This document shows positions 29,474 to 38,109 of a DNA stretch of 64,000 nucleotides, in pieces (within the stretch, counting starts at the first letter, position 1; each line of letters opens with the position of its first letter). Origin of the DNA: an uncultured Candidatus Saccharibacteria bacterium (GTDB taxonomy: Bacteria > Patescibacteriota > Minisyncoccia > Phycocordibacterales > UBA918); assembly GCA_964353135.1 (NCBI GenBank), contig CAYGTV010000002.1, positions 169,122-233,121 on the forward strand. The letters run 5' to 3'. Made by a program: the position numbers and the translations under genes. The notes beneath the pieces are model-generated. The model was not told where the DNA came from, ran no database searches, and saw nothing but the letters and a program-made list of their open reading frames with translations.

Positions 29474-29716
29474 TTAGATCAACTTTGCTTCTTTCAGAGT
29501 CTTGTACGCTCCGTTTTTAGCGATAGTTCGCAGTCCAGCTGCTGATACTTTCACTACTACAGTTTTGTCGATTTCTGGTACGAAAATTCGTTTCTTTTGT
29601 AGGTTTGGTTTTCGAGAAACTTTTCCGCACGGGTTAAACTGCGTCGCACGAGTGCGGTTAGAGTATCGTCCCCCGATTTGGGTTGCTTTTCCGGTGATTT
29701 GACAAACGTTAGCCAT
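29474..29716 (-). CDS. rpmB: 50S ribosomal protein L28
   Basis: MANVCQITGK...GRYSNRT is a typical L28 start. Confidence 0.85.
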   Translation of the reverse strand: MANVCQITGKATQIGGRYSNRTRATQFNPCGKVSRKPNLQKKRIFVPEIDKTVVVKVSAAGLRTIAKNGAYKTLKEAKLI

Positions 29717-29860
29717 AGATATTTTTAATTAGTGGTGGCATCTTAGCATGATAGGTTGAATTTGCAAGTGAATGAACAAAGGAATGTAATGACTATTGTG
29801 AATTTATGTCTCAATTCCGGCCTTAGGCCCGGACGGAATTGCTAGGCCGTCATACCACTT

Positions 29861-30529
29861 ATGTATTCTACGAAAATAAGTTATCATCTAGTAACTATGG
29901 AACCCCTACAAATCGCGATGATCCTCATCCTAATTATGTCTGTCGTTATTCATGAAATGGCACATGGGTATGCTGCCAACTGGCTCGGTGATCCAACAGC
30001 GCGATTGCAGGGTCGATTGTCTCCCAACCCAATTGTGCACCTCGACCCGCTGATGTCGGTGATTTTACCTGGACTACTCGTTATGAGTGGTTCACCAATT
30101 TTGTTTGGTGCTGCCAAACCAGTCCCGTACAACCCATATAATTTCACTAACCAAAAGTGGGGGGAAGCAATCGTAGCTGCTGCTGGTCCTGCTTCTAACA
30201 TTGTGCTGGCTCTGATTTTTGCAGTGGTAGTGCGGTTTGCTGATGCTCTTGCTTTGTCAGAGACATTTATTACTCTGGCGGTTCAGGTGATTATCCTCAA
30301 TATTTTCCTAGCCTTCTTTAACCTGGTGCCGATTCCACCGCTCGATGGCTCTAAAATCCTACCTCGCTTTTTGCCGTACTCACTTCGGATGAGTTATGAA
30401 CGATTCCGCATGTTTTTCGAGCACAATGCCTTTCTTGGTTTTGGGCTTGTAATTCTTTTCTTTGTGGTGTTTTTGTCTGAGCCGCTGTATCGACTCACGC
30501 TCACCCTGACATACGGGTTGATTGGATAG
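29861..30529 (+). CDS. Peptidase M50 (site-2-protease-like) membrane zinc metalloprotease
   Basis: HEMAHG (HExxH) lies in a TM helix. A downstream LDGS motif and a polytopic topology are present. Start may be the internal Met at 29897. Confidence 0.7.
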   Translation: MYSTKISYHLVTMEPLQIAMILILIMSVVIHEMAHGYAANWLGDPTARLQGRLSPNPIVHLDPLMSVILPGLLVMSGSPILFGAAKPVPYNPYNFTNQKWGEAIVAAAGPASNIVLALIFAVVVRFADALALSETFITLAVQVIILNIFLAFFNLVPIPPLDGSKILPRFLPYSLRMSYERFRMFFEHNAFLGFGLVILFFVVFLSEPLYRLTLTLTYGLIG

Positions 30530-30764
30530 TAAAGGTGTGGTACTTTAATGAAGTGGTGGTGCGGGAGGGTGTCGCAGATGCAGTGCTCAGCTTATTATGC
30601 TGTTGCCACGTCTGCGGCACCGACTACCAAAAGTTATTTGAATGCTCCTCCTGTCCCCAGAAAGGAGCGCCGATGGGTGGGTCACCAGTGACCGCCCCAA
30701 CTCTAAAGCGTTTACTACTAGACCTGCCAGTCGATTATGTAGTTAGCGCTTTTTCTTTTCTATA

Positions 30765-30800
30765 TTGCAAATATATCTATATGTAGTACAGTACCCGGGC
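30765..30800 (+). promoter_or_regulatory. Candidate sigma-70-like promoter for rpsL (TTGCAA, 16 bp, TACAGT)
   Basis: Pattern match only. It sits in a 270-bp non-coding leader upstream of rpsL. Confidence 0.2.
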
Positions 30801-30806
30801 TACATT

Positions 30807-31220
30807 ATGGCAACAATTCAACAATTAACCCGTAAGAAGCGAACCGACAAAGCGCGAAAAAGTAAGCGAGCAGCTTTGGAGTCTGGATTTAACAAAATCA
30901 AGAACCAACCAAACAGCTACTTCTCACCTTTCAAGCGTGGTGTCTGTACTCGTGTAACTACCAAAACCCCACGTAAGCCGAACTCAGCGATTCGAAAGAT
31001 TGCCCGAGTCCGACTTTCAAACGGTCAGGAAATTACTGCGTACATCCCAGGAATGGGGCACACTCTACAGGAACACAGTGTTGTTCTAGTACGTGGAGGG
31101 CGTGTGAAAGACATCGGGGTCAACTACACAGTTGTACGTGGAAAGTACGATGCAACTGGAGTAGATGCCCGACGTATGGGACGCTCAAAATACGGCGCGA
31201 AACGGCCAAAAGCCGCTTAG
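30807..31220 (+). CDS. rpsL: 30S ribosomal protein S12 (with a ~13-aa internal insertion)
   Basis: ATIQQLTRK...PNSAIRK...[16 protein letters not shown]...SKYGAKRPK are S12 hallmarks. An extra segment ([15 protein letters not shown]) follows the N-terminal basic region. Confidence 0.9.
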   Translation: MATIQQLTRKKRTDKARKSKRAALESGFNKIKNQPNSYFSPFKRGVCTRVTTKTPRKPNSAIRKIARVRLSNGQEITAYIPGMGHTLQEHSVVLVRGGRVKDIGVNYTVVRGKYDATGVDARRMGRSKYGAKRPKAA

Positions 31221-31377
31221 CCAGCCCGGAGGACTGGGTCCTCCACATTACAAATAGTTTATATTCGCTACAGATCTTATGACGCGATACAAGGGATATA
31301 GTCCTTTCGGTATCAACTTATGCGAAGAATGATAATTGTTTTTCATAAACAACTCATTCGCACTAATTAACAACATT

Positions 31378-31851
31378 ATGCGACGACCAATCAAAAAACG
31401 TCCGACAGTATCTCCGGATGTTGTCTACGGATCAGTCGATGTGGAACGCCTCATCAACTACATCATGCTCGACGGTAAAAAAGAAACCGCGCGCAAGATC
31501 GTATACAGTGCGTTCGAGGTCATCAAAGCTGACAAAGATACGTCAGACGACCCACTCGAAACATTCAACGCAGCATTGCGAAACGCCGGACCACTAATGG
31601 AAGTTCGTTCACGCCGAGTCGGTGGAGCAAACTACCAGGTCCCACGTGAAGTACGACCAGAGCGCCGTCAGGCCCTAGCGTACCGATGGATCATCACTGC
31701 AGCGCGAAAGCAAAAAGGAACTCCAATGCACAAGTCACTAGCTAAAGAGCTACTACTGGCAGCCAAAGAAGAAGGAGATGCAGTGAAGAAGAAGGAGGAT
31801 ACGCACAAGATGGCGGAGGCCAACCGAGCGTTTGCCCACTTCGCCTGGTAG
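31378..31851 (+). CDS. rpsG: 30S ribosomal protein S7
   Basis: MRRPIKKR...[32 protein letters not shown] is strong S7 similarity. Confidence 0.9.
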   Translation: MRRPIKKRPTVSPDVVYGSVDVERLINYIMLDGKKETARKIVYSAFEVIKADKDTSDDPLETFNAALRNAGPLMEVRSRRVGGANYQVPREVRPERRQALAYRWIITAARKQKGTPMHKSLAKELLLAAKEEGDAVKKKEDTHKMAEANRAFAHFAW

Positions 31852-31892
31852 AAGAAAACAAATTTTGGACGAACTACTTTGTTGCGTTCACG

Positions 31893-31936
31893 AAAAAGAC
31901 CCTCGCTGGCCACCTGGCCCGTTCGGGTCTTTTTCG
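31893..31936 (+). terminator. Intrinsic terminator after rpsG (aaaaagaccc...gggtcttttt)
   Basis: Hairpin plus T-tract 40 bp after the rpsG stop. It separates rpsG from the downstream inserted genes. Confidence 0.6.
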
Positions 31937-31999
31937 TTCCGCGCCTCGTATTTCATTCCAAAATTTGATTTCTTTTAGTTAGCAAAGTATATTTTTTAC

Positions 32000-32515
32000 A
32001 TGGATCAAAACTATAATGGTGTGAAAATTGACGGTGTTTTATGGCTTCAAGAAGGACTTGATTGGGTGCCGTTGTGCTCGCGACATCATATGAGAATGCA
32101 AATGATGCATAATGACCAAAATTTCTCGTACTTGAAATGTGAAGAGTGTAAAGACTTCTATGAATTACCACGTGAGTTCAATGCTCAAAAAGAGTATATT
32201 TCAAATAAACTTGAAGCAAAAAAACTGAAAAAACTGAAATATATAAATATTGATGGTGAGCATATAGCTGTAGTTTCAGATAAAGTTAAAACAGCTGATG
32301 AAAAATACTTTGTTAAAGCCATCGTTACAGAATCAAAGACCGGCCCGGGAGTAGTCATTTATGCAGGAGAAACAGGCGGTCAAAAAATGCAGGCTTTTAT
32401 TGATCCAAATACAAAGAAATTATCTTTCGACCCAAGTGATAAGCATCCGGCCAAAGTCTTTGTTAAAATAGAAGCTGAATTTGATGACGGCCAGAAACAT
32501 TCAATAAAAAAATAA
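32000..32515 (+). CDS. Hypothetical protein with N-terminal Cys/His cluster (strongly AT-rich gene)
   Basis: 171 aa with CSRHH...C..C near the N-terminus and a Lys-rich region. The gene is much more AT-rich than its neighbours by eye. Confidence 0.45.
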   Translation: MDQNYNGVKIDGVLWLQEGLDWVPLCSRHHMRMQMMHNDQNFSYLKCEECKDFYELPREFNAQKEYISNKLEAKKLKKLKYINIDGEHIAVVSDKVKTADEKYFVKAIVTESKTGPGVVIYAGETGGQKMQAFIDPNTKKLSFDPSDKHPAKVFVKIEAEFDDGQKHSIKK

Positions 32516-32517
32516 AT

Positions 32518-32811
32518 ATGAAAATGCGACTGCATCCAGAGCCATTTAAGCGGATCAAATCAGGTGAGAAAAATATTGAGTGTCGGTTGAATGATGAAAA
32601 GCGGCGGCAGTTGTCGGTTGGAGATGCGGTCGTATTTGAAAACCGTGGTGATGGCGAGACTCTGGAGCGAACGGTGGTAGCGCTGCACACCTTCCCAGAC
32701 TTTGAATCAATGTTTGAAAAATTCCCCGGAGAAAGAATTAACGATGTTTATCAGTACTACACCCCAGAGGAAGAAAAAGAATGCGGAGTTATCGCTATTG
32801 AATTAAAATAA
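32518..32811 (+). CDS. ASCH-domain-like small protein
   Basis: About 95 aa with a beta-barrel ASCH-like pattern (RLHPEPFKRIKSGEKNIECRLNDEKR...GDAVVFE). Confidence 0.5.
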   Translation: MKMRLHPEPFKRIKSGEKNIECRLNDEKRRQLSVGDAVVFENRGDGETLERTVVALHTFPDFESMFEKFPGERINDVYQYYTPEEEKECGVIAIELK

Positions 32812-32816
32812 CCATC

Positions 32817-33941
32817 ATGCAAACACCACGATATGAATACTCGCGGACAGTGATCGCAGCGCGGATTACGGAACTGACTAATTTAGAACTGCCGTATGGG
32901 CTGGCGGTTCGCTATGCGATGAAGGCTAATCCGTTTCCGGAGATTTTGCAGATGATGCATGAGGGTGGGGTGCATTTCGATGCTAGTTCTAGTTACGAGG
33001 CTTCGCAGCTATTGCAGTTGGGTGTGCCAGGTTCACACATCTCGCTCTCGTCACAACAGTCACCCCACAATCTGCCGATGTTGTTAGCGGAGGGTGTGCA
33101 TTTTACTGCTACGTCAATGCGTCAGTTGGAACTGTTTTTAAATACACCAGATCGGCCAAACACAGTTGGGGTACGGATTAATCCTGACCTTGGGAGTGGG
33201 GCAAATAATCGCACCAATACTGGTGGTGTAAATGCTAGTTTTGGAATCTGGCACGAGTATATTCCCGACATTTTGAGTATGACGGCTGACGCCAGAGTAG
33301 TTGTCGATCACTTACACATCCACATTGGTTCAGGCGCTGACCCCAGCATCTGGGGTGAAGTGATGGAACGTTCACTCGATATGGCTCGTTTACTTGCCGA
33401 CGTCACCACACTCGACATCGGCGGTGGGTACAAAGTTGCGCGTTTCGGCGAAGAGCAGGAAGCTGACATGTTGGCTATAGCAGCCGTGTTTAAAGAAAAG
33501 CTAACAGTGTTTGCTGCGGAAACTGGAAGGGAACTGAAACTAGAAATTGAACCAGGCACGTATTTCATTGCTCACGCCGGAACTCTAGTTGCTGCTGTTG
33601 ATGATATTGTCGACACTGGGAAAAACGGCAACACATTCCTGCGACTTAATACTGGGATGAATGACTTTTTGCGTACTACGCTCTATGGCGCGCAACACAA
33701 GATAGAAGTCATAAATGAGCGTGAAAAGGAGGAGCAGTATATAGTGGTTGGTCATAACTGCGAGTCAGGTGACATTTTTACAACCAAGAAAGGTGACCCA
33801 GAAGTTATCGAACCTAGAGAATTAAAAACAGCAGCAATCGGTGACGAAGTCCGCATTTACGACACCGGTGCTTATTGTGCCAGTATGCGGGCGAAGGGAT
33901 ACAATGCGTTCCCAGATGCAGTTGAGATAATGGTTGATTGA
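32817..33941 (+). CDS. PLP-dependent decarboxylase, Orn/DAP/Arg decarboxylase family (diaminopimelate-decarboxylase-like)
   Basis: The PLP-lysine motif YAMKANP, HIHIGSG, EPGTYF and the C-terminal GAYCASM match the alanine-racemase-fold decarboxylases (LysA, ODC, NspC). Confidence 0.75.
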   Translation: MQTPRYEYSRTVIAARITELTNLELPYGLAVRYAMKANPFPEILQMMHEGGVHFDASSSYEASQLLQLGVPGSHISLSSQQSPHNLPMLLAEGVHFTATSMRQLELFLNTPDRPNTVGVRINPDLGSGANNRTNTGGVNASFGIWHEYIPDILSMTADARVVVDHLHIHIGSGADPSIWGEVMERSLDMARLLADVTTLDIGGGYKVARFGEEQEADMLAIAAVFKEKLTVFAAETGRELKLEIEPGTYFIAHAGTLVAAVDDIVDTGKNGNTFLRLNTGMNDFLRTTLYGAQHKIEVINEREKEEQYIVVGHNCESGDIFTTKKGDPEVIEPRELKTAAIGDEVRIYDTGAYCASMRAKGYNAFPDAVEIMVD

Positions 33942-34016
33942 AAAACTAAAAACGGTATAGTGATTCTGCGAAAGGCTGGGGTGCTCATGTAGTGTTCTAG
34001 TGAAAGTTGTATGATA

Positions 34017-34199
34017 CTCACTTTCGTAGTCGGTCATCTTGGCTGATAGGCTGGTCGGCGCGAATCGCGACCACGCTGCCATCGGGGTCTGGACTATACT
34101 CAGGCTCTATTGTTCAAAAAAGCCCTGCGGGGTGCACTGTGAACGTTGACCGCACCGGCGCAGGTTGTCTCCCACGACAACCTGCGCCTTTTCTTTTTT
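34017..34199 (+). repeat. ~183-bp direct repeat, copy A, ending in an intrinsic terminator (ggcgcaggttgtc tcccacg acaacctgcgcc ttttctttttt). Candidate sRNA or 3'-UTR element
   Basis: Near-identical to 35336-35507. It contains internal hairpins (ggtcggcgcgaatcgcgacc; ggtgc...gcacc) and a canonical terminator at 34157-34199. Confidence 0.6.
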
Positions 34200-34206
34200 C
34201 ATATAA

Positions 34207-34250
34207 ACAGTCTAAAACAAAACCCGCCCGCGAGATGTATCTCGCGGGCG
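34207..34250. terminator. Bidirectional hairpin terminator (aaaacccgcccgcgagatgtatctcgcgggcg...ttttt), member of a local terminator-repeat family
   Basis: Perfect stem with T-runs on both strands. Related copies occur at 34722-34765 and 36844-36889. Confidence 0.6.
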
Positions 34251-34258
34251 TGGTGTTT

Positions 34259-34654
34259 TTATGCGGGTAGTTCCTCTTTTCTGGTTTTGCTTTTCAGGGC
34301 GCAGTACAGACATGCATCCATGGCGTGTTCCATATACCAGTCGGGCATTTTCTTTTCGGTTTCTTCAATGATCAGATCTGCGGATTTGTTCCATTGCCCA
34401 GTCATCTCTGTTTCATCAGCGAGGACGATTTGCAGTTTAGTGCAAATACAATTGTCATGACCACGAGTGATTGTAAAGTGGATCACTTTGGGTTTGAATT
34501 CCGCTAGTTTTCCTCTAAGAGAAGTTCCGACTGGGGTTAATACTTTTTCGACTAGCAAGCTGATTGCTAGCAGACATTTTGCTTCAGAAAAGATTTTCTT
34601 CTCGCTAGTAGTGTTGCTGATTTTTGAGAGATCAAAAGTGATATCAGGCGGCAT
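34259..34654 (-). CDS. Hypothetical protein (131 aa; C-terminal H-x-x-x-A-C...C-x-x-C cluster)
   Basis: ORF between the two copies of the 183-bp repeat. It has the motif YMEHAMDACLYCALK. No confident family. Confidence 0.45.
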   Translation of the reverse strand: MPPDITFDLSKISNTTSEKKIFSEAKCLLAISLLVEKVLTPVGTSLRGKLAEFKPKVIHFTITRGHDNCICTKLQIVLADETEMTGQWNKSADLIIEETEKKMPDWYMEHAMDACLYCALKSKTRKEELPA

Positions 34655-34721
34655 TAGGCTTTCTCCGTAAGGTTCATCTTCGACTGGCTACAACCTACAC
34701 CTATAGAATCAATTTGTAAAC

Positions 34722-34765
34722 AAGACCCACCCGCCAGATTGCTCTGGCGGGCGGTTGTTTTTCAG
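34722..34765. terminator. Hairpin terminator (acccacccgccagattgctctggcgggcggttgttttt)
   Basis: Stem-loop plus T-run directly downstream of the minus-strand gene 34762-35208. Confidence 0.55.
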
Positions 34766-35208
34766 TGTCTGGAATATTGTGGTGGATTGAAGATAAACCA
34801 GACAAGGGCCACAACATTTGCCACCAACCACAACGGAAGTGCAATTGGCCAGACCAAACAAGCGGCCATTTTGCTCCATATCCACCACTTTGGTGGCATG
34901 AACAAATGCTCGTAGTCCTGATACCTTCGTTCTTTCAGAATCTGCTTGAATGATTTTTTGAGACCATGCATACCAGTCGTACTGTTGCCCATGTTGGCGT
35001 ATTTCTTGATCCATCCTCGGGCTCGCGTAATTCTAGCAATGTCGCCATGCCAGCCGGGTATAGAGCAGTGCAGATCGGTTCGCAGCATTTTCCAGTACAG
35101 CTTGCTTCCACCACCGCTGTCATAGAAAGCCCAACGGTACGTGAAATGGTACGAAATCAGAAAGGCGATTGGACTGGTCGCAAGCATAATCAAAATCCAG
35201 ATATTCAT
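34762..35208 (-). CDS. Hypothetical membrane protein (148 aa, Trp-rich)
   Basis: Hydrophobic segments lie at both termini. Second gene of the repeat-flanked cassette. Confidence 0.45.
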   Translation of the reverse strand: MNIWILIMLATSPIAFLISYHFTYRWAFYDSGGGSKLYWKMLRTDLHCSIPGWHGDIARITRARGWIKKYANMGNSTTGMHGLKKSFKQILKERRYQDYEHLFMPPKWWIWSKMAACLVWPIALPLWLVANVVALVWFIFNPPQYSRH

Positions 35209-35335
35209 CAGTATTCTCCCAAAGTTCTATTTGAGTCAAACTTATCCTGATTCCATTATTTTGTAAATAGTTTATAGTAATTCTACGAAAGGTTGATGTG
35301 TCAGAGTTGCGCCTCACTTCAAGATAGCGGAAACG

Positions 35336-35507
35336 CTCACTTTCGTAGTCGGTCATCTTGGCATGATAGGCTGGTCGGCGTGAATCGCGACCACGCTGCC
35401 ATCAGGGTCTGGACTATACTCAGGCTCTATTGTTCAAAAAAGACCTGCGGGGTGCACTGTGAACGTTGACCGCACCGGCGCAGGTTGTCTCCCACGACAC
35501 CTGCGCT
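35336..35507 (+). repeat. ~183-bp direct repeat, copy B (terminator stem degraded by a 1-nt deletion, weaker T-tract)
   Basis: About 97% identical to copy A by eye. It ends 20 bp before the ATG of ORF 35528. Confidence 0.6.
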
Positions 35508-35527
35508 TTCTGCTATATTTATAAAAT

Positions 35528-35962
35528 ATGAAACTGTATCACGCATCAAAGCATCGGTTCGATGTGATCAAACGAAGTCAGGCACAGCATCCGGCAGCTG
35601 ATGAGTTTGGTGTGCCAGCCGGTGAGCTACGAAACAAAATCTATTTCTCACCTAACTTTGGGTTTGCACTCGCGATGGCAGCTGGACCAAATGGCATGAC
35701 TAGCTTGAGCGACGGTCAGATTAGTTTTGAGCGACAAGATGAGTTTGATCCAGAGCGTCAGGTATATATCTACGAAATTGATTCAGAGCTGATTCCAGAG
35801 GAGTTGCTTGAACAAGTTGATGACGAACAGGTTGCTATTGATGCAGACGAAATCAAGCCAGAGGTTGTTCATGAAATGAAAGCAGAACAAGTGTTTGAAT
35901 ACTATGAGTTAACAGAATGGAAGCATCCTGATGAAAGAAAGAAAGAGATGAAGTTTATATAA
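35528..35962 (+). CDS. Hypothetical acidic protein (144 aa)
   Basis: ORF. No family recognised. Confidence 0.45.
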   Translation: MKLYHASKHRFDVIKRSQAQHPAADEFGVPAGELRNKIYFSPNFGFALAMAAGPNGMTSLSDGQISFERQDEFDPERQVYIYEIDSELIPEELLEQVDDEQVAIDADEIKPEVVHEMKAEQVFEYYELTEWKHPDERKKEMKFI

Positions 35963-36088
35963 AACAAAACTAACTCCGGAGGGCCGGCCTCCGGAAAATG
36001 GATAATTGTGCCCCTTTCCACAATTGCATCGTACTGGGTACGGGTGTATAAAATGAATGGGAGGTCTTTCTAGTTTTGGAGTAGACTA

Positions 36089-36781
36089 ATGACGCATTTG
36101 ATTTCACGACGTCGGTTTGTTGCTACTGGTGCAGCATCACTCTGTAGCCCCACTGTGTTACGTGGTGGTGTAACAAAGATTGAGCTTAACCTGATGCTTG
36201 ATTGCTCAGGTAGTATGTTCAAAACTGCTATCCCGGGTATCAGTAGTTCGATACCCTCGGATAAATACCAAGTGCAGCGAGATGGACATGCGGAAGGCCT
36301 ACTGTCTGTAGAAGTCCGCGAGTTTCTGCAATGGCACAAGGTCCACGTTCGGGTGTATGGCTGGTCCAATATTCCGGTACTGCACTGTGAACGAGTGGTG
36401 GAAAGTTTCGCCGATGTTGACTGGCTGGCAGTGCAGGTAGCAGGAATGGATCTATACGATCGTTTGTCTGCCGGCGCAACGCTACATGATCAAGCTGTCG
36501 ATCCGTTTACGCTTCCTCCGCCTTTGGGAATCAGACGGGTTATCGACATCTCGACCGACGAGCCACCTTGGTCGGAACGGATAGATCTGTGCCTGAGTTC
36601 TCGTGATTTGATCTACGGTGCACGCGGAACGGTCAATGTCTTGGCAATTAATCCTACCCCTGAAATGCATCGATCGTTACTCGACTCACTCGTGACACCT
36701 GACGGTTTCATAGAGGAAGCAAAGGGTCTTGGTGACTATCACCGAGCGATCAAAGCCAAGCTTATTGGTGAGTTGCTATAA
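36089..36781 (+). CDS. vWA-like protein with a twin-arginine (Tat) signal peptide (possibly DUF1194-type)
   Basis: N-terminal SRRRFVATGAASL is a Tat consensus (S-R-R-x-F-V). MIDAS-like DxSxS (LMLDCSGSM) directly follows the signal. Confidence 0.55.
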   Translation: MTHLISRRRFVATGAASLCSPTVLRGGVTKIELNLMLDCSGSMFKTAIPGISSSIPSDKYQVQRDGHAEGLLSVEVREFLQWHKVHVRVYGWSNIPVLHCERVVESFADVDWLAVQVAGMDLYDRLSAGATLHDQAVDPFTLPPPLGIRRVIDISTDEPPWSERIDLCLSSRDLIYGARGTVNVLAINPTPEMHRSLLDSLVTPDGFIEEAKGLGDYHRAIKAKLIGELL

Positions 36782-36843
36782 AAAGCCGAGCGTCCGGATA
36801 GTAATCTAATCCGGGCGTTTCTGACTAGAGCCCTTATATAACA

Positions 36844-36889
36844 AAACCCGCCAGCGATGTGTCTCGCAGGCGGGGCTTTCTTTTTGAGC
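36844..36889. terminator. Bidirectional hairpin terminator (aaaacccgccagcgatgtgtctcgcaggcgggg ctttcttttt)
   Basis: Member of the same sequence family as 34207-34250. It lies between convergent genes. Confidence 0.55.
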
Positions 36890-36896
36890 AGGAGTT

Positions 36897-37058
36897 TTAT
36901 TCGCCGGCACATTGTGGGTACTTTGTGACTAGTTCCGCATAGTGCATCCGCCTCACTTCATCGCCTCGGGCTTTCCTGTCTTCAGGATCTAACCCTTGTT
37001 CATCTAGCCACTCGAGAATATTTTCGCGAAGTGTTTGGGTTTCAGGGGTGTCAGTCAT
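36897..37058 (-). CDS. Hypothetical small protein (~53 aa from MTDTPETQ)
   Basis: Short ORF upstream of a terminator. Weak support. Confidence 0.3.
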   Translation of the reverse strand: MTDTPETQTLRENILEWLDEQGLDPEDRKARGDEVRRMHYAELVTKYPQCAGE

Positions 37059-37068
37059 GTTCGTACTC

Positions 37069-37425
37069 CTAAACTTGGGTTGAAACCAGAAACATAAACC
37101 AGATTTCATCTGATAAAGGGTCAGGCGTTATTTCATAAAGAACGAAACTTTGAAAGTCTTGCAGACTAACTATCCATACCCGACCACCTTCTGGTCGTTT
37201 GCTTTTAAGAAACCTGCAATCACGTGGGAGCCTGTCTAGATTGAAGCCATCTTCAGGATTGTAGGCCGATTGCATTGCCGTGGTGACTGATATTTTGCGT
37301 TCGCAAACAAGCATGCCTGGTATTAGAACTTGGATTGGGTCACCAAAGACTTGTTTATCTTGCGCCTGAGCCGGAATACCAAGTAGTAGCAATCCGACAA
37401 GTAGTGCGTGGAATATGTGCTGCAT
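37069..37425 (-). CDS. Hypothetical secreted protein (signal peptide ...GIPAQA/QD)
   Basis: N-terminal Sec signal with an AxA cleavage site. 118 aa. Confidence 0.45.
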   Translation of the reverse strand: MQHIFHALLVGLLLLGIPAQAQDKQVFGDPIQVLIPGMLVCERKISVTTAMQSAYNPEDGFNLDRLPRDCRFLKSKRPEGGRVWIVSLQDFQSFVLYEITPDPLSDEIWFMFLVSTQV

Positions 37426-37519
37426 CGGTTGCTCCTTTCAGCGATCTGTTCCACTAAAAATATGCCTTTTGGAACACAAAATTGCAAGTCATGGTCCGCT
37501 AATTTGTTACACTACAAAC

Positions 37520-38077
37520 ATGCAATACGAACAAATGAAACTTGGTGAAGTCTTACGATTTTGGTTTGAAGAACTAACACCAGAGCAGTGGTTTGCTGGT
37601 GGGGAAGAACTAGATGCAAAAATCAAAGAACGATTTTCTGACATTCATACTCAGGTGGCAGCTGGTGAGTTTTGGGAGTATCGGACCGACGCCCACGCGT
37701 ACCTGGCAGAAGTGATTGCGCTGGATCAGTTTTCACGCCAGATGTTTCGGGGGAGTGCAGAGGCGTTTGCCTACGATGGTATGGCACTAACACTTGCACA
37801 GCATGCAATTGCAGCTGGCTTTGACCAGCAATTGGACCAGTCTGAACGACAATTCTTATATATGCCGTTTATGCACTCGGAGTCAAAACAGATTCACGCT
37901 GCAGCAGTGCCATTGTTTGAGTCACTTGGCGAGCCTGAAGTCATCAAGTACGAGCACATCCACAAAGACATCATTGATCAGTTTGGTCGGTACCCGCATC
38001 GTAACCAAATGCTCGGGCGAGAATCGACTGCAGAAGAAACAGACTACCTAGCCAACAATCAAGAAAGCTTCTTTTAA
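37520..38077 (+). CDS. DUF924-family protein
   Basis: The conserved N-terminal LRFWFE...PEQWF and the central and C-terminal HRNQ-LGRESTAEE pattern are typical of DUF924. Confidence 0.6.
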   Translation: MQYEQMKLGEVLRFWFEELTPEQWFAGGEELDAKIKERFSDIHTQVAAGEFWEYRTDAHAYLAEVIALDQFSRQMFRGSAEAFAYDGMALTLAQHAIAAGFDQQLDQSERQFLYMPFMHSESKQIHAAAVPLFESLGEPEVIKYEHIHKDIIDQFGRYPHRNQMLGRESTAEETDYLANNQESFF

Positions 38078-38109
38078 ACCATATTCTTAAAATTTGCTAC
38101 ACTACATAC

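Noticed and set aside
30535-30786. 83-aa ORF in the rpsL upstream region
   Set aside because: It has no Shine-Dalgarno and an odd Cys-rich composition, and it occupies what is more plausibly the rpsL promoter or leader. Treated as non-coding.
33942-34016. Possibility that the 183-bp repeat is tmRNA, SRP RNA, RNase P RNA or 6S RNA
   Set aside because: None of the conserved cores was recognisable: the tmRNA tag-reading frame with GGTTCGA T-arm, SRP domain IV AGGAAGCAGCC, RNase P P4 GGAAAGTCCGG, or the 6S central bubble. It is left as an unclassified element.
34007-34460. ORFs 34007-34270 and 34146-34460 overlapping the 183-bp repeat
   Set aside because: They span the repeat and its terminator hairpins and have no start context. 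The repeat copy at 35336 has no equivalent ORF.
36897-37109. Full-length 70-aa reading of ORF 36897-37109
   Set aside because: The N-terminal 17 codons overlap the 3' end of the convergent secreted-protein gene. The internal Met (MTDTPETQ) is preferred, and even that is low confidence.
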